In this document: positions 58,701-64,000 of the stretch, piece by piece
How the letters are laid out: the number at the start of each line of letters is the position of its first letter
Numbering within the stretch: position 1 is the stretch's first letter
NCBI RefSeq assembly: GCF_964194025.1
Contig: NC_134470.1
Coordinates: 79,732,001-79,796,000 of the forward strand
Direction of reading: 5' to 3'
From: Convolutriloba macropyga
Lineage: Eukaryota
DNA: 64,000 bases
The notes under the pieces: generated by a model
What the model saw: the letters and a program-made list of their open reading frames with translations, nothing else
Told to the model about the DNA's origin: nothing
The model's database searches: none
Program-made: the position numbers and the translations under genes

Positions 58701-61167
58701 TCTCTTTAACGCATGCCTTATCAAAAGTTTTTGAAGAATACCTAAAGAGCAAATTGAAAATATCTTCACAAAGCCAATATCTACAACAAAACGCAATTTG
58801 GGTTCCGGAAAAATTGTTCCACGATAGACGTACTGGTATATTCAACAGAAACAATACGATGCAAACTTGATAAAAAAGACCACATAGCAGCCGTTTTCGT
58901 TGATTTATCAATAGGGTTTGATTCATAGACCACGAGAATTTATTCGCAAAACTTGGGGTTTACCGGTTCAGCCAAGAACATTATCAAAAGTTTTCTTGAT
59001 AGGTTTCACTGAGTTAAAGTAAACAATGTAGAATCGGACTGGTTGAAATTAATCAGAGGGGTTCCGCAAGGTACGGTTCTCGGTCCCCTTTTATTCAATA
59101 TTTACGTTAACGACCTGCAATTCAATTTGTCTCTAATATAGTTCAATATGCAGATGACACAGTCATTTTCTCCTCCGAAAAAGGTTCAAGATAGTCTTGA
59201 AATTCTTGAAAAGGATGTAGAAAAAATTGGTTAATTACTTTGATTGCAATTCTCTTAGGCTCAATGCTGACAAAACGGAATTCATTGTTTTTGGCTCCAC
59301 TGAATCTAAAGATATGTCAGTTACAATTGATGGACAAAAATTATAGAAAAATCGGAAGTAAAATATCTTGGGGTTACTATTGATAAAAAACACCCTTTCA
59401 ATCCGAGGTAAAAAATATTTTACGAAGTATGGCACAAGGCATAAAATCAATTTATACATTACGCAACTGCGTTCCTGAAAGCTTCAAAAAAACACTTATT
59501 AACTCTCTTGTTATAAGTGACCTGCAATATCCAGCAGTACTTCTGTGCTCATTATCTCAGAATCTTATAGCAACTCTCGAAAAACAATTAAACTGGGCAG
59601 TCACAGCTTGCTACAATCGTAAAAGATTTGATTCATCTCACGATCTTAAGCTGAGGAATAACATATTACCGGTTCGGATGTCGAATGTTAATACAATATA
59701 GGGTTGCACTATACACCAGACAAATTTTTAATTACAAAAAGCAAGCATTTAAAAATATTTCTGGCATTCCATTACCAACGGCGAACTTTTTGTTTTCACA
59801 ATCGGACGAGAAAATTAGTAAGTAAAATCATTGCTAGAATTAAATACATTGAAAAGGGGGTGATAAATAGTGGTGTAAGATATCATATTGAAATTTTGAG
59901 GGCGAATGAAACCTTGCCAAAATCTTCTGTAACTGCCCAAAAAGTATACAAAGCTCACTTTTTAGAAAAATTCAAGAAGGACCCAGGCCAAATTCGTGGC
60001 CAATTTTGGCCAATTAACGTGGCGTGAATTCAAATTTAGTTCATGATGTGTGCTGTTGCTACCTATGTATTTTTTAATCTATTTATTTATCTACCATTTC
60101 AATTATTCGGTGGGTGTTCACAATTCAAAAATTACTTCTGTTTATTTGTTAATTACATACACTACCTGCATGATGTATTTTATATTTCATTTCAGGAATT
60201 TACGTGTTCTTTTTTTGTGCCCCCCCCCCCCCCCAGCTGAGAGGGTGCATATTATTTGCACCCCCACCTCCCCCCTCAGACGCACTTGCCATATTTTTAC
60301 ATTCTGATTTACCATGTAATGGCACGTGCTCTGTAAATGGAGTTTGCATAACTTAATGAGGGGTACAAACGTAATAGATCCAATTTTTGTTTGTGTAGGT
60401 TGACTTTGTGCTGTTGGGCGGTGACCTGTTTCACAAAAACAAGCCGTCCAGGCGCTCCATGTTTAAGTGTATCAACTTATTGAGGAAGTATTCCCTTGGA
60501 AACAAGCCGTGTGAGTTCGAATTTCTCGGGGATCCGGATCAAGTAAGTGCTGAAATGTTTGCTTTCAACAAGCAACAGCTGTATTATATTTGTCGTTCTT
60601 TATGTTTTGTTAAACTGTATAATCTAATTTTGTTTTTCTTTGTTTCTGCATATGCCAGAAAAATTTGGGGTCTTTCCAATTATAGCCCCCTGCCTTAGTG
60701 GTCAGATCACTTATAGCCCCCCCATCATGGTAAACTAACCATAATGGGCCTATAATGGGAAAGGCCCCAAATTTGGTTAAGTAAAATACCACACTAAACC
60801 AGTGCTGATTCAGCAATCTCCAATAGTAAAACATTTAATCAGTACTGAATCATGGTATTACAAGACATTCCTCGTCAAGACTTCGCAGAGTAAACCTATT
60901 TTGCATTTTTCAATGACTCACACTGGACATTCGGTTTTTTGTTCTGATTAATGTTCAGAGAGAATTTCGAAAATCAATTTAAGATTTCGAGCGACAATGT
61001 GGTGTCGCTCACAAACAATATATATTAATTTTTGACTATTGCCTGCATGAGTTTCAGTATTATGGTAAGAACTACCACCTATTCAACCCAAGTAGTTCTA
61101 ACTTTAAATCCAAGTTCTCTTTTATTTCAGACTTTTCCTCATTCATCCTTCCCCTGGGCCAATACAG
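52548..61167 (+). CDS. MRE11: Double-strand break repair nuclease MRE11, 5' part; exons 52548-52793, 60399-60542, 61131-(gap)
   Basis: [34 protein letters not shown]|[35 protein letters not shown]|[11 protein letters not shown] contains phosphoesterase motifs I and II; canonical GT-AG sites. Confidence 0.95.
53246..53582 (+). mobile_element. HINE-2 element with a tRNA-like core
   Basis: 5' hairpin CTCGAACGAAGTTCGAG; A-box-like TAGCGTAGTAGTTACGC; B-box GTTCGAACCC. Confidence 0.55.
53860..54308. repeat. 15-bp minisatellite (CCCAATGCCATTTTA)n, ~30 units, inside a foldback-type element (~53836-54524)
   Basis: Tandem array seen directly; inverted degenerate units (TTGGGTAAAATGG) at 54420-54505. 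Confidence 0.95.
55253..55576. repeat. Second 15-bp array, starting the second copy of a ~1.27-kb tandem duplication (to 56526)
   Basis: 54309-55254 is near-identical to 55577-56526. Confidence 0.95.
57292..58189 (+). mobile_element. HINE-1 with nested HINE-4 (57345-57745)
   Basis: Colinear with 50237-51115. Confidence 0.75.
58190..60030 (+). mobile_element. Decayed LINE ORF2 (RT; CR1/L2/Jockey-like)
   Basis: [35 protein letters not shown] and QYADDT motifs with frameshifts. Confidence 0.9.
60399..60542 (+). CDS. MRE11: MRE11 exon 2
   Basis: GGDLFH motif; GTAAGT donor. Confidence 0.92.
61131..61167 (+). CDS. MRE11: MRE11 exon 3, cut by the assembly gap
   Basis: tttatttcag acceptor; FPWAN (cf. 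FPWVNY). Confidence 0.8.
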
Positions 61168-61592
61168 NNNNNNNNNNNNNNNNNNNNNNNNNNNNNNNNN
61201 NNNNNNNNNNNNNNNNNNNNNNNNNNNNNNNNNNNNNNNNNNNNNNNNNNNNNNNNNNNNNNNNNNNNNNNNNNNNNNNNNNNNNNNNNNNNNNNNNNNN
61301 NNNNNNNNNNNNNNNNNNNNNNNNNNNNNNNNNNNNNNNNNNNNNNNNNNNNNNNNNNNNNNNNNNNNNNNNNNNNNNNNNNNNNNNNNNNNNNNNNNNN
61401 NNNNNNNNNNNNNNNNNNNNNNNNNNNNNNNNNNNNNNNNNNNNNNNNNNNNNNNNNNNNNNNNNNNNNNNNNNNNNNNNNNNNNNNNNNNNNNNNNNNN
61501 NNNNNNNNNNNNNNNNNNNNNNNNNNNNNNNNNNNNNNNNNNNNNNNNNNNNNNNNNNNNNNNNNNNNNNNNNNNNNNNNNNNNNNNNNNNN
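61168..61592. other. Assembly gap (425 N)
   Basis: N run. Confidence 1.
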
Positions 61593-61849
61593 TAATCAAC
61601 AATAAGCGAGGACAGATAACGAGGTGATTCGGATACGCTTTTTCAATCTGTCACTAATTACAAATTAACAATAATCATTTGACATGTATAATGGATTATA
61701 TACCTAGCATCATTTCTATTTAAATTCAGTGCATCTCGAACTAACGAACAATTGGAGTTGTATTAATCATGTATTTCTAAACAAGTCAATGCGAAGTCCA
61801 TCGAGGAAAGAAATTTGTGACCTATTCTGCTCAGTCTGTTATTAAGTTT

Positions 61850-64000
61850 AGCACCTCGAAACCCGATTGAATTTTTATTGATCTTTCGTTAACAAAAGAG
61901 CTGTTCCAACAATTTGAGATAGGAAATTCTGGTTACCCTTACGCAGGATTTTTTTAAAAGTGAACAGATTATCGCAAAAATCGCGTTTGTGTGTTGACTG
62001 TTTATAGCTTTCAGATCAAATTTGAGAAGTTTGTAAATGTGTAGCTCATAAACTGTCAGGATTGATTTCTTCGCAAATAAGTCAACGCAGTGATCTTTTT
62101 TTCTGAAGTGAATAAGCTTAATTATCTGCTTTTGTAACAGATAGGTTTTAAAGACGAGTAGCTCCAGCAGCTGTAAACCAAAGCACCATACTGCAAAATA
62201 GGAGCAGAATTAGTAATATACACTAAAAATTTTCTGTTGTATATAGTGTCTGAGCTTTGAAACGTTTCCGCATTGCTTACTGAGTCTTTTTTCACAGTCA
62301 ATACGTGACTGAAATGAGTTTTTTATCTAATGTTTGCACACTAGTTTCTGTGGTATATTATCGGAGTTCAGGTAAAATTTCGTGTATGCGGATATTTATT
62401 TTAGATTTATCTAAACTGTTTTTTCTAGGTATAGTAAATTTGTGCCTTTCGAACCAATTATTGATTGCTTCATGATCTGATTCAATTTCTTTGGTGGTAA
62501 ATCCTATCTTTTAAATAATTGTATAATCGGCAAAAAAACAATGTTAATACTTTTACAAACGTTTGGCATGTCATTGATATAAATGAGAAATCGTAACGCT
62601 CCTAAAATTGATCATTGAGGAACTCCTTTGTTAATATCTCTCCAAATTGATGATGCTCTATTTACTTCAACTCTTTGATATCTGTTTTCCAAAAATGATT
62701 TTAACCAACTCAAACAAGTAACTCTTAGTCCGTATCTTTCAAGTTTATAAAGTAAGTTTTTGCGGTTAATTGTGTCAAAATCTTTCTTTATGTCGAGAAA
62801 AAAAACGTTTGAGCTCTCTCTCATTCTCATTTTCTCAGTAAGTTCAAATAATGCATCAACTCTACAACGTTTGGACCTATGGCCAAATGGTTTACAGCAG
62901 AACACTTATCGTGATTCGCAGTAATAGTAGATTCGATTAACAACAACACGCTCATAAATTTTACTCCAGGCATTTAGAGCCATTTGAATTTGGCCGATAG
63001 TTTGTAAGCTCCTTTAAGTAGGAGTAAAACTTTTGCTTTTGCCAATTCTTTTGGTAAAATTCCCCTCTGAATTGACAAATTTATCAAAAAGACTAAGTAT
63101 TGTATTATAACTTCCACCGAAGTTTAAATTAGATCATTTTTTATTAGATCATCCTCCGACAAAAATTTGTTGTTTAGCTGCGCCACAATTTCTAGCCCTT
63201 CGAATCTAGTTGTTTGTTAAAAAAAACAGATCTCTTCAAATTGAAACTTTGGAGTAAAATGCATTCTTATGTGTTGAGTTATGTTATATCGAATAGTAGA
63301 GCTCAGAACGGTATTTTATATGAATTTGAAGTTTTGCCCTTCAACTCATGAAGAAGTTTGAAAATCTGTCCTCAACATGAATTAAATTTATTTAGAATGA
63401 CTTTTTTTATTTTCTGCTCATTTTATTCCGGCATTTTTATTTCCTGTTAAGCAGATGTCTTCGATTTCTAAACTGTTCAAGTAGTTTCCTTTTCTCTTTT
63501 CCATTTGGAGTGATTCTCGTTTCGCTTGCTTCGTAAATTCTTTTAACCTTTATTGAACCAAACGAGCATTTTGTATTTTTTATTTGCATTTCTTATTGGC
63601 GCATAAAAATCGGTTACTTCACGCAAAAGTTGAGAGATTTCGCTGAAAGCTGTGCAAGGACAATTACTTTAATTTATGAGGTATTCATTGGCTTGTATAT
63701 GCTGTAGCAATGGTTTTTTATATTCAAGTACAAGGCCAGAGCTCTTTGTGAAACTAATATGAAATTTTTCTCCAGTTTTCTTGTTCAAATTTTGTTGACA
63801 GCATTATTTTAACTGGGTAATGATCAGCAATACCTTGTAGTTCAAGCACTTCTACTTTTTCCCGAAACAAATTCTGATTAAAAAACTGGTCCAGGCATGT
63901 TTTTAACGTAAGGTCACACGTGTTGCTACGAGTGGTTGTATATTAAAGCTATTTGCCTCAATTCAGTTTAAATAGTTTGAGGTATTTGGTTTTTTGATCC
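61850..64000 (-). mobile_element. Decayed LINE ORF2 (RT)
   Basis: FLDIKKDFDTINRKNLLYKLERYGLR..WLKSFLENRYQRV..GVPQ. Confidence 0.88.

Noticed and set aside
61032-61602. ORFs of 176-187 aa
   Set aside because: Artefacts of the N gap; only 61131-61167 is supported, as MRE11 exon 3.

Overview
Eukaryotic, intron-rich, AT-rich, repeat-dense genomic DNA from an invertebrate animal with divergent proteins (taxon not determinable here), with an assembly gap at 61168-61592. Five spliced protein-coding genes can be rebuilt by hand: the 3' part of calcyphosin-2 (CAPS2, +), which carries a ~3.55-kb intragenic tandem duplication; a 14-coding-exon L27 + 7-PDZ MPDZ/PATJ-family gene (-, ~1448 aa); ATP synthase subunit s/factor B (DMAC2L/ATP5S, +), head-to-head with MPDZ and apparently needing a GC splice donor; an intronless BNIP3/NIX-like CDS 272 bp downstream on the same strand; and the first three exons of MRE11 (+). 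Introns and spacers hold decayed LINE and CRE-clade retroelements, Merlin-like MITEs with 8-bp TSDs, a long-TIR palindromic MITE and minisatellites. The most notable structure is a set of at least four non-autonomous Helentron-like (HINE) families that nest inside one another at the same T-tract; one family carries interchangeable cores, some tRNA-derived. Protein identities come from recalled family motifs, not from database searches.
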